A stretch of DNA of 64,000 nucleotides from Bradyrhizobiaceae bacterium (GTDB taxonomy: Bacteria; Pseudomonadota; Alphaproteobacteria; Rhizobiales; Xanthobacteraceae): assembly GCA_947479905.1 (NCBI GenBank), contig CANKBJ010000002.1, positions 3,437-67,436 of the forward strand, written 5' to 3'. Position numbers and translations under genes: made by a program. Below the pieces are notes generated by a model. It saw nothing but the letters and a program-made list of their open reading frames with translations. It did no database searches and was not told the DNA's origin. Below, one piece after another: positions 1-9,776 of this stretch; within the stretch, counting starts at the first letter, position 1, and the number at the start of each line of letters is the position of its first letter.

Positions 1-1
1 G

Positions 2-412
2 TTGCGGCCGCGCGGCAAAGGCCTGCTGGCCACCACCTTGCGCTATCAGGACGAAGTCCGCGACGAGAGCGAATATTTCGAGGATATCCCCTCAACCAAG
101 GTGCCAGCCGACATGCTCAAATTGGCGACGCACATTCTCGAAACGAAAAAGGGCAAGTTCGACCCGGCCAAATTCGAGGACCGCTACGAAACCGCGCTCA
201 AGAAATTGGTCAAAGCCAAGCACACCGGCAAGAAAACGCCGGTGGCGTCCGATTCCAGACCGAGTAATGTGGTCAATCTGATGGACGCGCTGCGCCGCAG
301 CGCCAAAGCCGATCGTGACAAGGCTGGCCGTCGTGAACCCGCGCCTGCGCGGCGCAAGACCAGGGCTCGCAAACCGGCTGCGCCTCGGCGCAAGGTGCGA
401 AAGGCAAGTTAG
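2..412 (+). CDS. ku: Ku protein (NHEJ), 5'-truncated by window edge
   Basis: TLRYQDEVR, FDPAKFEDRY and NVVNLMDALRRS motifs plus a basic C-terminal tail; directly upstream of ligD. Confidence 0.93.
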   Translation: MRPRGKGLLATTLRYQDEVRDESEYFEDIPSTKVPADMLKLATHILETKKGKFDPAKFEDRYETALKKLVKAKHTGKKTPVASDSRPSNVVNLMDALRRSAKADRDKAGRREPAPARRKTRARKPAAPRRKVRKAS

Positions 413-426
413 AACGGCGGATTTCG

Positions 427-3120
427 ATGGCCGGTCTGAAGACCTATCACGCCAAGCGCCGGTTCGGTGTCACCGCCGAACCGAAGGGCAAGATTGCGCG
501 CAAAGCCGGACATGCTTTTGTCATCCAGAAGCATGCGGCGCGCCGCCTTCACTATGACCTCCGCCTCGAACTCGACGGCGTCATGAAAAGCTGGGCGGTG
601 ACGCGCGGCCCGAGCCGCGTGCCCAGCGAGAAACGTCTGGCGGTGCAGGTTGAAGATCATCCGATCGACTATAACAAGTTCGAAGGGACCATCCCAGCGG
701 GGGAATATGGCGGCGGCACCGTCATGGTCTGGGACCGTGGCACCTGGTCGCCGGAACACGACGCCCACAAGAGCCTGAAGAAAGGCCACCTTTCATTTTT
801 CCTGAATGGCGAAAAATTGCACGGCCTCTGGCATCTCGTGCGACTGAAAAAGAGACGGGGCGAAAGCAAGGACAATTGGCTGCTGATCAAGTCTAACGAT
901 GAGGCCGCCCGCAAACCGCGCGCCAAAGATATATAGGAAGAAGCGCCGCTCTCGGTAAAAACCGGCCGCACGATGGAAGAGATCGCCGCCGGCCTTTCCG
1001 GGTCGAAATCGGCGAATAAGCAAACCGCCCGTAAACCAAAGACGGCCGCGAAGGTGAAAAAGACGACGGCGAAAAAGCCAAGGTCGGCAAAGACCGTGAA
1101 AGCCAAACGCGCGCAAGCCGCCACCATACGGCAAATTCGCAAGGTCTCGTCGACGGAAAAACCGGCGGCCCTGCCCGCCTTCGTCAAGCCATGTCTGGCG
1201 ACGCTGGCCAACAATGCTCCGGAGAGCGCCAACTGGATTCATGAAATCAAATTCGACGGCTACCGCCTGCAGGCCCGGCTCGAGGCCGGCAAGGTCACGT
1301 TGCTCACGCGAAACGGCCTCGACTGGACCCGGAAGTTTGCCGCCATCGCCAAGGCCGTTGCCGCGCTGAGCACGGACCAGGCGCTGATCGACGGCGAACT
1401 GGTCGTCGAAGACCCCGACGGCGTTTCCAGCTTTTCCCTGCTGCAACAGGAGCTGAATTCAGGCCGGCAGGATCGGCTCGTTTTCTACGCCTTCGATCTC
1501 CTGCATCTGGACGGCAGCGACTTGCGCCCGCTGCCGTTGCTGCGGCGCAAGGATGCCCTCGCCAGCCTCATCAAAAGCGCGCCCGAGAACGGCGCTATAC
1601 GCTTCAGCGAATCCATCGACGAATCCGGCTCGGTCCTGCTCAAGCACGCCTGCCGCATGCATCTGGAAGGCATCGTCTCGAAACGCAGCGATGCGCCGTA
1701 CCGCTCCGGCCGCGGCCACGACTGGGTCAAATCAAAATGCACCGACCGGCAGGAATTTGTGATTGCCGGCTTCGCCCCCGCGACCCATGACAGCCGCGCC
1801 GTCGGCGCGCTGGTGCTTGGCGTATTCGACAAGGGAAAACTGATGTATGCCGGGCGCACCGGCACCGGCTTCAGCCAGAGCGGCGCGCGCGATCTTTATC
1901 GCAAGCTTCATGCGCTGGAACGCGACAGCACCGGCTTTGCCACACTGCCCGAGGAAGAACGCGGCGCGCGCGCGCCGGTCTGGGTCGAGCCGCGCTTGGT
2001 GGCGGAGATCGCCTTCCACGGCTGGACCCATGGCGGCCGCATACGCCATGCCTCGTATCAAGGCCTGCGCGACGACAAGGCCGCGACAGACGTCGTCCAC
2101 GAAGTTAGAGACAAGGCGGCCGTCGCCGCCGCCAGAAACAAATCCGCGGCGGTGAAAAAACAAAGCGCACCGATCGGCAAGGCCGCCACGCGCAAAGCCG
2201 TAACGCCCAAAGCAGGCAAACTCAAAGCTGGCAGGAATGCGCGGACAACTGTCGGCGCCATCGCGCTCAGCCATCCGGACCGCATCTATTGGGAGGACGC
2301 CGGCGTCACCAAACAGGACCTCGCCGAATATTATCGCGCGGTGTGGAAATGGATGGCGCCGCATATCGTCGGCCGGCCGATTTCCCTTCTGCGCTGCCCG
2401 GAAGGCGCGGCCGGCCAATGCTTCTTTCAAAAGCACGCCGCCGCCGGCATCGCCACCGAGCATCTTCATCTGGTGCCGGAGAAAGGCGACAAGATCATTA
2501 CCCTCGACGATCTCGACGGTCTTCTCTCGCTCGTCCAGGCCGGCGTCCTTGAGGTCCACACGCGCGCCACCACCGCCGCCGACCGCGATAATGCCGACCG
2601 GCTGGTGATCGACCTCGATCCCGGCCCGGGCACCGGCTGGAAAGATGTGGTGGCGGCGGCGCGCGACGTGCGCGACCGGTTGGACGCGCTCAAGCTCAAG
2701 AGCTTCCTCAAGACGTCGGGCGGCAAAGGCTTGCACGTCGTCCTGCCGATTGCGCCGACGCCTTGGGACGAAGCAAAAGCCTTTACACAAGGCTTGGCCG
2801 GCGCGATGGCGGCCGACGACCCGGATCGCTATGTCGCCACCGCGACCAAAAGCAAACGCAACAGGCGTATCTTTATCGACTATCTGCGCAACAGCCATGA
2901 CGCGACCGCGGTCGCACCTTATTCCACCCGCGCGCGGCCGGGCGCGCCGGTTTCGGTGCCGATCGATTGGTCCGAACTCGGCTCGCTCAAGAGCGCGAGC
3001 CAGTATACCGTGCTGAACCTTTCCGCCCGCCTCAAGAGGCTGCGCAAAGACCCGTGGGCCATGATCGGTCGCTCCAAGCAAAAGCTGCCGCGCTTCGAAA
3101 AGCGATCCGCCAGGAATTAG
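427..3120 (+). pseudogene. ligD: DNA ligase D (phosphoesterase-ligase-polymerase) interrupted by an in-frame TAG at 934-936; may be expressed as two pieces, 427-936 and 973-3120
   Basis: 427-936 has PE-domain motifs FVIQKH, HYDLRLE, KSWAV. 973-3120 is in the same frame and has the ligase motif EIKFDGYR and primase-polymerase motifs KTSGGKGLHV and IDYLRN. The text across the stop reads DI*EEAPLSVKTGRTMEEI. Confidence 0.85.
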
Positions 3121-3127
3121 CGCCGAC

Positions 3128-3152
3128 GGAACCCGGCCAATGGTCGGACGTT
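3128..3152 (+). promoter_or_regulatory. EcfG/sigmaT (general stress response) promoter
   Basis: GGAAC-N16-CGTT, the established alphaproteobacterial EcfG consensus, 30 nt upstream of ATG 3183. Confidence 0.75.
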
Positions 3153-3182
3153 GGCATGCGACATTCTAACGCGGGTGAACAA

Positions 3183-3689
3183 ATGACCGGCTCATCGATC
3201 AAGAAAACCAATGGAAAGGCCGTGAATAAACACGGCGCGGCGCCGGTAGCCGCGGCCTTTTCGGCATTCGCGCAAAAGACGGCCGCCTGGACCGGTCATC
3301 CCATCGCCTTCCTGCTTGCCACGGCCGTAATCGTCGTGTGGCTCGTCACCGGGCCCATCTTCAATTACAGCGACACATGGCAACTGGTGATCAACACCGG
3401 CACGACCATTGTCACATTTCTCATGGTGTTCCTGATTCAGAACACGCAGAACCGCGACATGCTGACCATGCAGCTGAAACTGTCGGAGCTGGTACTGGCG
3501 ATGCATGGCGCCAAGAACAAATTCGCGGCCATTGAAGATCTCAGCGATGCCGAACTCCAGGAGATACATGAGGAGTGCCGGGCCCGCGCCGAACTCACCC
3601 TCGATCATCTCGAAAAACGCAGCGGCAAAAGCGGGAAGCGAACCGCCGCTGCGACCGCCAAAGCCCCGCGCCGAACCTCGAAAGCCTGA
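3183..3689 (+). CDS. Low-affinity iron permease (Fet4-like) family membrane protein
   Basis: SDTWQLVINTGTTIVTFLMVFLIQNTQNRD signature; start chosen at ATG 3183. Confidence 0.85.
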   Translation: MTGSSIKKTNGKAVNKHGAAPVAAAFSAFAQKTAAWTGHPIAFLLATAVIVVWLVTGPIFNYSDTWQLVINTGTTIVTFLMVFLIQNTQNRDMLTMQLKLSELVLAMHGAKNKFAAIEDLSDAELQEIHEECRARAELTLDHLEKRSGKSGKRTAAATAKAPRRTSKA

Positions 3690-3859
3690 CGGCCCCCAAC
3701 GCATCGCCCCCCGGCGCCCGGCAAATTGGCGCGTGACATGGCCAGCCCCAAAAAGGCTGGCCATTCGCTATCCAGCCACAGGGTTGATTTATGGTGGGGA
3801 TCGGGCGAAAATTCAGACGGGACGACGGATGACCCTGCGTTAAAAACTGGCAGCACAGC

Positions 3860-4231
3860 ATGACGTTGCGGATGCATAGATTCATCTTATTGGCCGCCGG
3901 CCTTGCCCTCGTCGGCGCGCCCGTCACGGCTTTGGCGCAAGACAATCGCGTCTTCTCCGGCCTCGCCTCCTATTACGACAAGAATTATGCCGGCAAAACT
4001 GCCGCCGGCGACCTCTACGACGCCTCCAAGTTCACGGCCGCGCACCGCACGCTGCCTTTCGGGACCCGCGTCCTGGTCACTGACAAACGCACAAAACGGA
4101 CCGTCACCGTCACGATCAACGACCGGGGACCTTTTATCAAAGGCCGCGTCATCGACTTGTCCTATGCCGCGGCCGAGGCATTGCACATGCACAGTCGCGG
4201 CGTCATCGAAATCAGCGCCGCCGTCCAATAG
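3860..4231 (+). CDS. rlpA: RlpA-like septal ring lytic transglycosylase (DPBB domain)
   Basis: Signal peptide, [22 protein letters not shown] and IDLS motifs. Confidence 0.88.
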   Translation: MTLRMHRFILLAAGLALVGAPVTALAQDNRVFSGLASYYDKNYAGKTAAGDLYDASKFTAAHRTLPFGTRVLVTDKRTKRTVTVTINDRGPFIKGRVIDLSYAAAEALHMHSRGVIEISAAVQ

Positions 4232-4383
4232 CGCCCGGCGGTTTGCAGACCCCATGGATTTGGGGCGCGGAGACCCGCTTCGTTTACCCCGCGGTTTTAC
4301 CGACTATACTCACGCCCCATTCCACTCCGCACGGGTCCGCGTCTCGGCCCCAGCCGTCTTTTATTCGCTGCAAAGGAAGTCCA

Positions 4384-4971
4384 ATGCCCGCCAAGCGCCC
4401 CGCGCCTCGTCTTGCCATTCCCAATGAGGCCCAACTGAGCGGCGCCCAGCGCGAGCTGATGGAGAAGATCCGCTCCGGCCCGCGCGGCAAGTCGGTCACA
4501 CCGCGCGGGCCGTTCGCGGTCTGGCTGCATGCGCCCGAATTCGGACAATTGGCACAGGCGCTGGGCGGCCATTGCCGCTACAAGACCGGCGTCCCGACGC
4601 GGCTGTCCGAATTCGCCATTTTGTGCACGGCGCGGCTTTGGCGCGCCCAATACGAATGGTTCGCCCACGAGCCGCCAGCTCTGGCGGCCGGCGTCAAACC
4701 CAAAACCATTCAGGATTTGCGCGCCGGCCGCGTGCCGAAGTCGGCCGCCAAGGATGAACGGGCGATCTATGATTTCATTCAGGAAATTTATAAAAAACGC
4801 CGCGTCAGCGACCGCACTTTCATGCGGGTGCAAGGAATCATCGGCGATGCCGCGACCGTCGAACTGGTCGGCATCCTCGGTTATTACGTCATGATCTCGA
4901 TGACGCTCAACGTCTTCCAGATGCTGCCGCCGCCTGATGCCAAATTGGCCTTCGCCGAGCCGAAACCATAA
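4384..4971 (+). CDS. Carboxymuconolactone decarboxylase/AhpD-like family protein
   Basis: GPFAVWLHAPE, EFAILCTAR...YEW and VELVGILGYY motifs; AAGGAAG RBS before ATG 4384. Confidence 0.8.
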   Translation: MPAKRPAPRLAIPNEAQLSGAQRELMEKIRSGPRGKSVTPRGPFAVWLHAPEFGQLAQALGGHCRYKTGVPTRLSEFAILCTARLWRAQYEWFAHEPPALAAGVKPKTIQDLRAGRVPKSAAKDERAIYDFIQEIYKKRRVSDRTFMRVQGIIGDAATVELVGILGYYVMISMTLNVFQMLPPPDAKLAFAEPKP

Positions 4972-5045
4972 CCCGACGACGGCAATGGCGACCGCCTTAC
5001 GCTGAACAAATGTTCACGATGAGGCGATGATCCGGCAGCCCGCGT

Positions 5046-5070
5046 GCAACCAAAGTTCCGATTCCGCGTT
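5046..5070 (+). promoter_or_regulatory. Probable EcfG-type promoter
   Basis: GCAAC-N16-CGTT, one mismatch to GGAAC-N16-CGTT, upstream of ATG 5104. Confidence 0.5.
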
Positions 5071-5103
5071 ACCTCGCAACGGGGAACAACCGAGGAGTTG
5101 GAA

Positions 5104-5334
5104 ATGAAATTTGCAATCATGGGCGCCGTGCTGGCCGCGAGTGTCATCGCTGCGCTGCCGGCATCCGCCGAAGTCGTCATTCGCGCCGGCGAAGGCGGCG
5201 TCGCCGTCGGCACGCGCCATAACGACGCGCGGCATAGCAATTGGCGCCGCCACCGCGCCGAATGCCGCACCATCCGCACGCGCACCGTGACGCCGAGCGG
5301 TCGCGTCATCATCAAGACCCGCCGCACCTGCTAA
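5104..5334 (+). CDS. Small secreted Arg-rich protein (76 aa, two Cys)
   Basis: GAGGAG RBS, signal peptide MKFAIMGAVLAASVIAALPASA, followed by a terminator. Confidence 0.75.
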   Translation: MKFAIMGAVLAASVIAALPASAEVVIRAGEGGVAVGTRHNDARHSNWRRHRAECRTIRTRTVTPSGRVIIKTRRTC

Positions 5335-5358
5335 CGGCGCGTCATCGATATGAACACG

Positions 5359-5391
5359 AAAAGCCCCGGCGCCGGCGGTGCCGGGACTTTT
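5359..5391. terminator. Bidirectional rho-independent terminator
   Basis: AAAAG-CCCCGGC...GCCGGGA-CTTTT hairpin between convergent genes. Confidence 0.75.
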
Positions 5392-5402
5392 GCGCGCCAC
5401 AG

Positions 5403-5909
5403 CTAATGCTTCATGTTCATGCCGGGCATCGTGTGGCCGCCGGCCGGCGCCGGACTTTGCGCACCGAGCCCTTCGATGGCGAATACGACGTCGACCTTGC
5501 CAGCCTTTTCGAACTGCAAGGTCGCCTTCACATTCTGGCCCTGGATCAGCTGCTGTTTGAGCCCCATGAACATGACATGATAGCCGCCAGGCTTGAATTC
5601 GATCTTCTCGCCGGGCTTGATCTCGATGCCGCGCGCCACTTCACGCATCTTCATGATGCCGTTGTCCATGCTCATCTCATGAACTTCGAAGCGGGCGGCG
5701 ATTTCGGCGGCGCCGCCGATCAGCCGATCGGGCGCGCTTCCCGTATTGGCGATCGTCATGTAGCCGCCGCCAACCGCCGCGCCCTTCGGCGTGGCGCGGG
5801 TCCATGGCGCGGAGATTTTCAGCCCGCCGACGGTAACGTCGTCGGCCAGCGCCGGCGTCGCCGCCAAAGCGGCGCAGACAGCGGCGGCAAACAAGGAAAT
5901 TCGGATCAT
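5403..5909 (-). CDS. Copper chaperone PCu(A)C
   Basis: Signal peptide, PWTRATP, HEMSMDNGIMKMR and PGGYHVMFMGL Cu(I)-binding motifs, Met/His tail; AGGAG RBS. Confidence 0.92.
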   Translation of the reverse strand: MIRISLFAAAVCAALAATPALADDVTVGGLKISAPWTRATPKGAAVGGGYMTIANTGSAPDRLIGGAAEIAARFEVHEMSMDNGIMKMREVARGIEIKPGEKIEFKPGGYHVMFMGLKQQLIQGQNVKATLQFEKAGKVDVVFAIEGLGAQSPAPAGGHTMPGMNMKH

Positions 5910-6001
5910 TTTAAGTCGCTCCTGACAGCGCCGGCGTGCCGCTGATCGCGCGCACAGCCTGGCGATTGATAAGGGATTTAAATCGACGCCAGAAAATGCT
6001 G

Positions 6002-6355
6002 TCAGGCGAGCGGCGGCGCGCGCGGTATTTGCGGATGCCAGGTCGCCGCTCGCGGTAGCGGTGCAAGATCTAAGACCGGAGTCAGACGCCAAGCATACCT
6101 TGGATCGTAGAGGGTCGCACCAGGTGCTGCTTTGGACACACCCTGCGCGCAGCACTGCGTGCCGCAACCGGCGGCACAGGGACATCCTGTATCGCTGCCG
6201 GCCGGCGCATGCGTATCGATACTGGACGAAACGCACGGGCCATCGCCCGGCAGTCCGCCTGCTGCGACCGCCAGCGGCAGCAGCAAAGCCTGCAGCACGA
6301 CCACATAGACAGCGGCCAGCGAAAATAATCGCCGATACGGGGAGGATTGATTCAT
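6002..6355 (-). CDS. DUF2946-like (CruR/CutF-type) Cys-rich leader protein with C-terminal RAPP arrest motif
   Basis: N-terminal hydrophobic segment, CPCAAGC...CC cluster, ends PRAPPLA; immediately upstream of a copper gene. Confidence 0.8.
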   Translation of the reverse strand: MNQSSPYRRLFSLAAVYVVVLQALLLPLAVAAGGLPGDGPCVSSSIDTHAPAGSDTGCPCAAGCGTQCCAQGVSKAAPGATLYDPRYAWRLTPVLDLAPLPRAATWHPQIPRAPPLA

Positions 6356-6403
6356 CTTGGCAAGTTTATGCCGTCCGCGCAGCAGCGTCCACCCGGGCGG
6401 CGG

Positions 6404-8131
6404 TCAGGCCGACGCCGGGTAGAGCTTGATCAGTTTGTTCTGCTCGAACAGGCTGGAGACGAACTTGCCGACTTCGGTCGGACGGAAGCCGCGCGCGCGG
6501 TTACGATTGCCGATCTGGAAAAGCAATTTCTGTTGCGCCGTCAGGCGGCGGTAGCATTCCCGCACCCCAAGATGCGGGTCCCAGCAATCGATCGACTCGC
6601 CGCCAATACCGTTGATTTCGACAATGGCGAAATCCTCGCCCCGCATCAGGCCCTCGATCGTATTGAAGCGCAGATCGAAACGGCCGTAGTGAAATTCCGT
6701 CATGCTGCGGCCGATGGCGTCGAAGCGCGTTTCAAGCGCCGGCGTGATGTGGCTGCAGGCATCGCGGTACAACGCCCCGGCGCGCTGGTTACCGATCAGC
6801 GCGATGCGCACGACTTCACCGCGTTCCGGCACGCGGTCTAGATCGATCGCGCTGACGCCGCGGTGCGTCGGGTCGACACCCAGATGCAACGCCGACTTCC
6901 ATTGCGCGCGGGCATCGGCGTTGATGAGGTCGCGTACCGTCATGCTGCCATTGCCGACGACATGCGGGAAATAGCGCAACGTCAGCGATACGATGCGGCC
7001 CTTCGCCTCTCCCGGCAGACGCGCATAGAGCACGGCAGCCTCGGCCGGATAAGGCACGTAACGCTGCAACACCACCGTATGCGCTTCCGGGAAATTGCCG
7101 ATGTAGCAGGCCAGCCCGGCGCTGTCGTCGATACGACGTACGCCATGACCGTGCCAGCCGATATCGGGCTTGGCGATCAGCGGGAACCCAAGCCCACGCT
7201 CGGCCAATGCACGTTCGGCGCGCGCGATGTCGGCCGCCGGATCTTGCGCACCCGGCGTTCGATTGACCAGGACAAAGTCGGCGATCCATTGCCGCTCTTC
7301 TGGCGCGACGTCATGGAAATACGAGCTTTTGGTTTCGCCCCACATGCCGCCGGTAAAGATCGTTGGATTGGCGGCGGTCGGCAAGGTCAGCGAGCGATGC
7401 TTAAGGCCCAGCCTGATCCAGTTTAGCACCAGCGGCAGATAGAACAGCGCCGGCGGAATTCGCTCAGCCATGGCGACTTTGCGATCGCCGCGCGACAATG
7501 GCGGCATGCCGAAGCTATTATTGGGTAGCGTCGCGTCCTGAGCAATTTCCAGCTCAATCGGGTCGCGGAATGCGAAAATGCGCTTGCGGGCGAAGCCGGT
7601 CGCGCCGATGGCGGCGAACAATATCGGCCAGGCCCACAATCCAATACGGTCGTTGAGCGCGTCACCGAACACGATCACCAAATACAGCATCAGCGGCAGA
7701 TAAAACGCCGACACGATCAGGCTGGCGGCGGCGAAGCGCCAAAGCGACACACGCGCCCAGCCGCAGGCGACGAAAGCGACGAAGACGATGCCCGGCACAA
7801 CCCGGCATAGCGCAACCAGACCGAATACATTGCGCTTGAGCGTGTCGCCGACGCGCCGCACCCGGCCGTCGACGGCGAAGCGCGACAACCAGGGCACATA
7901 GCGGGCGGCGGCGCCGATGCCGTAGAGCACGAAATCGCTTGCGACGATGCCGCCATAGATGCTCAGCACGACCAAAGTCGTCGGCATCAAATTGTTCACG
8001 ATGAGGTAGCCGCCGAGGATGATCGCGAGATCCTCATGTGCGAACGGCAACACGATCAAAGACGTGATTTTTGTGAGGCCGGACAAATCCGCGGTCAGGA
8101 TTTGCCCGAACGCCGCTATCGATTGAAACAA
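6404..8131 (-). CDS. DedA/VTT membrane domain fused to an ATP-grasp (D-Ala-D-Ala ligase-like) domain
   Basis: N-terminal HED...GGIVASDFVLYGIG...RVVPG (DedA-like); C-terminal AKPDIGWHGHGV, GRFDLRF and VEING (ATP-grasp). Confidence 0.8.
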   Translation of the reverse strand: MFQSIAAFGQILTADLSGLTKITSLIVLPFAHEDLAIILGGYLIVNNLMPTTLVVLSIYGGIVASDFVLYGIGAAARYVPWLSRFAVDGRVRRVGDTLKRNVFGLVALCRVVPGIVFVAFVACGWARVSLWRFAAASLIVSAFYLPLMLYLVIVFGDALNDRIGLWAWPILFAAIGATGFARKRIFAFRDPIELEIAQDATLPNNSFGMPPLSRGDRKVAMAERIPPALFYLPLVLNWIRLGLKHRSLTLPTAANPTIFTGGMWGETKSSYFHDVAPEERQWIADFVLVNRTPGAQDPAADIARAERALAERGLGFPLIAKPDIGWHGHGVRRIDDSAGLACYIGNFPEAHTVVLQRYVPYPAEAAVLYARLPGEAKGRIVSLTLRYFPHVVGNGSMTVRDLINADARAQWKSALHLGVDPTHRGVSAIDLDRVPERGEVVRIALIGNQRAGALYRDACSHITPALETRFDAIGRSMTEFHYGRFDLRFNTIEGLMRGEDFAIVEINGIGGESIDCWDPHLGVRECYRRLTAQQKLLFQIGNRNRARGFRPTEVGKFVSSLFEQNKLIKLYPASA

Positions 8132-8462
8132 GAGTTACCCCGATCCCCCACGAAGCCTTTCCCGATGAAAGGCGGAGCCTGTCGTTTTTATGCTTACGGC
8201 TCTAAAGATTATTTTGGCCTAACAAGCCCTGCCGGACAAGAAACTTCAATCCCGCAACGCGCAATATGCTGAATCCCTGCGCAACTCCCAAAAAATTGTT
8301 GCTCCGAGGCCACAACGGAATTTCACCGCTTTTCCAGCGAGGGTCGGCACATTATCCGGATACCGAGCGATTTCGGCGGTGTCCCGCAATGCGCGCGACA
8401 TCTGGCAGCCCAACTCCACCAAGAGTCGAATATAGCGCCGCCTCGTGATACGCATTCGTTGC

Positions 8463-8783
8463 ATGAATAGTGATAGGTCGCCCTCGCCGCAACGCAGCGC
8501 GCGGATCTTGAGTTTTCGACGTCGCGAGCCGGCGCCCGACCCGCCGAGCCGTAGTGGCGCAGCGCCCGGATTGGGCCAATACGAGCGTGACGATCAACCG
8601 GACGATTACCGCCACCGGATGCTGGTCAATCTGGCGGCGTTTTTGTTTGTGCTGATGCTGGTTGGCGCTGGCTACTGGCTAGCCGACACCATGGCGCGCA
8701 TGCGCAAGGATCAGGATTGCGTGCTGAGCGGACGGCGCGGCTGCAGCCCGGTCGGCGTCGAAATTCCCCGAAATCGCTGGTGA
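8463..8783 (+). CDS. Single-TM hypothetical protein
   Basis: DDYRHRM, then a TM helix, then QDCVLSGRRGC; plausible codon usage. Confidence 0.65.
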   Translation: MNSDRSPSPQRSARILSFRRREPAPDPPSRSGAAPGLGQYERDDQPDDYRHRMLVNLAAFLFVLMLVGAGYWLADTMARMRKDQDCVLSGRRGCSPVGVEIPRNRW

Positions 8784-8868
8784 GCCGGGCCAGTCTGCCT
8801 TCGCCGCGGGACATCGCGGGGCTCAGCCCCCGAAATTGGCCGTTTTAGCCTTAAAATGGGTACCGCCA

Positions 8869-8897
8869 TTGAACTTGACCCATTGCTTCGCTATACG
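8869..8897 (+). promoter_or_regulatory. Putative sigma70 promoter of the acpXL cluster
   Basis: TTGAAC-N17-TATACG about 110 nt upstream of acpXL. Confidence 0.5.
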
Positions 8898-9007
8898 GGC
8901 GAACGACGGTTAGCCGGTAAAATGCCGGGCCGGGGCTGATCCGCTTGGGCGTTGCGCCCTCCACCTTGGGCAATTGTCAGAACTCAAATTAAATCAGAGA
9001 GTTATCG

Positions 9008-9289
9008 ATGTCCTCCACGTTCGAAACGATCGCCAATATTATCGCCGAAACGTGCGATATTCCGCGCGATTCCATTACGGCCGAAAGCCACGCCATTAAC
9101 GATCTCGGCATCGATAGCCTGGATTTCCTCGATATCGCCTTCGCCATCGACAAGGCCTTCGGGATCAAGCTTCCGCTCGAGCAATGGACACAGGAAGTCA
9201 GCGACGGCAAGGCCACCACCGACCAGTATTTCGTGCTCAAGAACCTCAGCGCCCGCATCGACGAACTCGTCGCTGCCAAGGGAGCCTAA
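9008..9289 (+). CDS. acpXL: Specialised acyl carrier protein AcpXL
   Basis: [27 protein letters not shown]; first gene of the VLCFA cluster. Confidence 0.95.
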   Translation: MSSTFETIANIIAETCDIPRDSITAESHAINDLGIDSLDFLDIAFAIDKAFGIKLPLEQWTQEVSDGKATTDQYFVLKNLSARIDELVAAKGA

Positions 9290-9302
9290 ATCACGGCACC
9301 GC

Positions 9303-9776
9303 ATGCGACTCGAGTATTTTCAACTCATCGATCGCATCGTCGAGCTCAATCTCGCGGATCGCAAGATCACCTGTGAGGCGACGGTACCAACGGCGAGCAC
9401 AATCTTCGAAGGCCATTTCCCCGGCTATCCGTTAATGCCGGGAGTGCTGCTGGTGGAAGCCATGGCGCAGACCTCGGGCTGGCTTGTCGTCGCCGCCACC
9501 GGATTCGAACGCATGCCTTTCCTCGCCTCGATCAAGGACGCAAAATTGCGCACCTTCGTGACTCCCGGCCAGGTTCTTTCGGTTACATCCCATCTGGCGC
9601 ACGAAGGCTCCGGCTTCGCGGTGCTCAACGCCAAGATCAAGGCCGAAGGCAAGGCCGTTGCCGATGCCACCCTCACCTTCAGGGTGCTCGATTTTCCCAA
9701 TGCCGAGATGGCGGAACAGATGCGCAAACAGGCCGACAATATTGGACTGAAGATCGAGGCGCGCGCCGATGGCTGA
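9303..9776 (+). CDS. fabZXL: 3-hydroxyacyl-ACP dehydratase (VLCFA)
   Basis: FEGHFPGYPLMPGVLLVEAMAQ; position in cluster. Confidence 0.92.
   Translation: MRLEYFQLIDRIVELNLADRKITCEATVPTASTIFEGHFPGYPLMPGVLLVEAMAQTSGWLVVAATGFERMPFLASIKDAKLRTFVTPGQVLSVTSHLAHEGSGFAVLNAKIKAEGKAVADATLTFRVLDFPNAEMAEQMRKQADNIGLKIEARADG

Noticed and set aside
934-936. Genome-wide TAG reassignment or pyrrolysine as the explanation for the ligD stop
   Set aside because: TAG ends many intact genes here (ku 412, ligD 3120, rlpA 4231, kup), and no pyl genes are visible in the window
1732-3081. Long antisense or alternate-frame ORFs (also 17061-18434, 31609-33006, 45110-46969, 55806-56933)
   Set aside because: Shadows of well-supported genes in high-GC DNA; no recognisable motifs
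5403-6236. 277-aa ORF-track version of PCu(A)C
   Set aside because: Signal peptide and RBS point to a start at 5909; the extension overlaps the RAPP uORF
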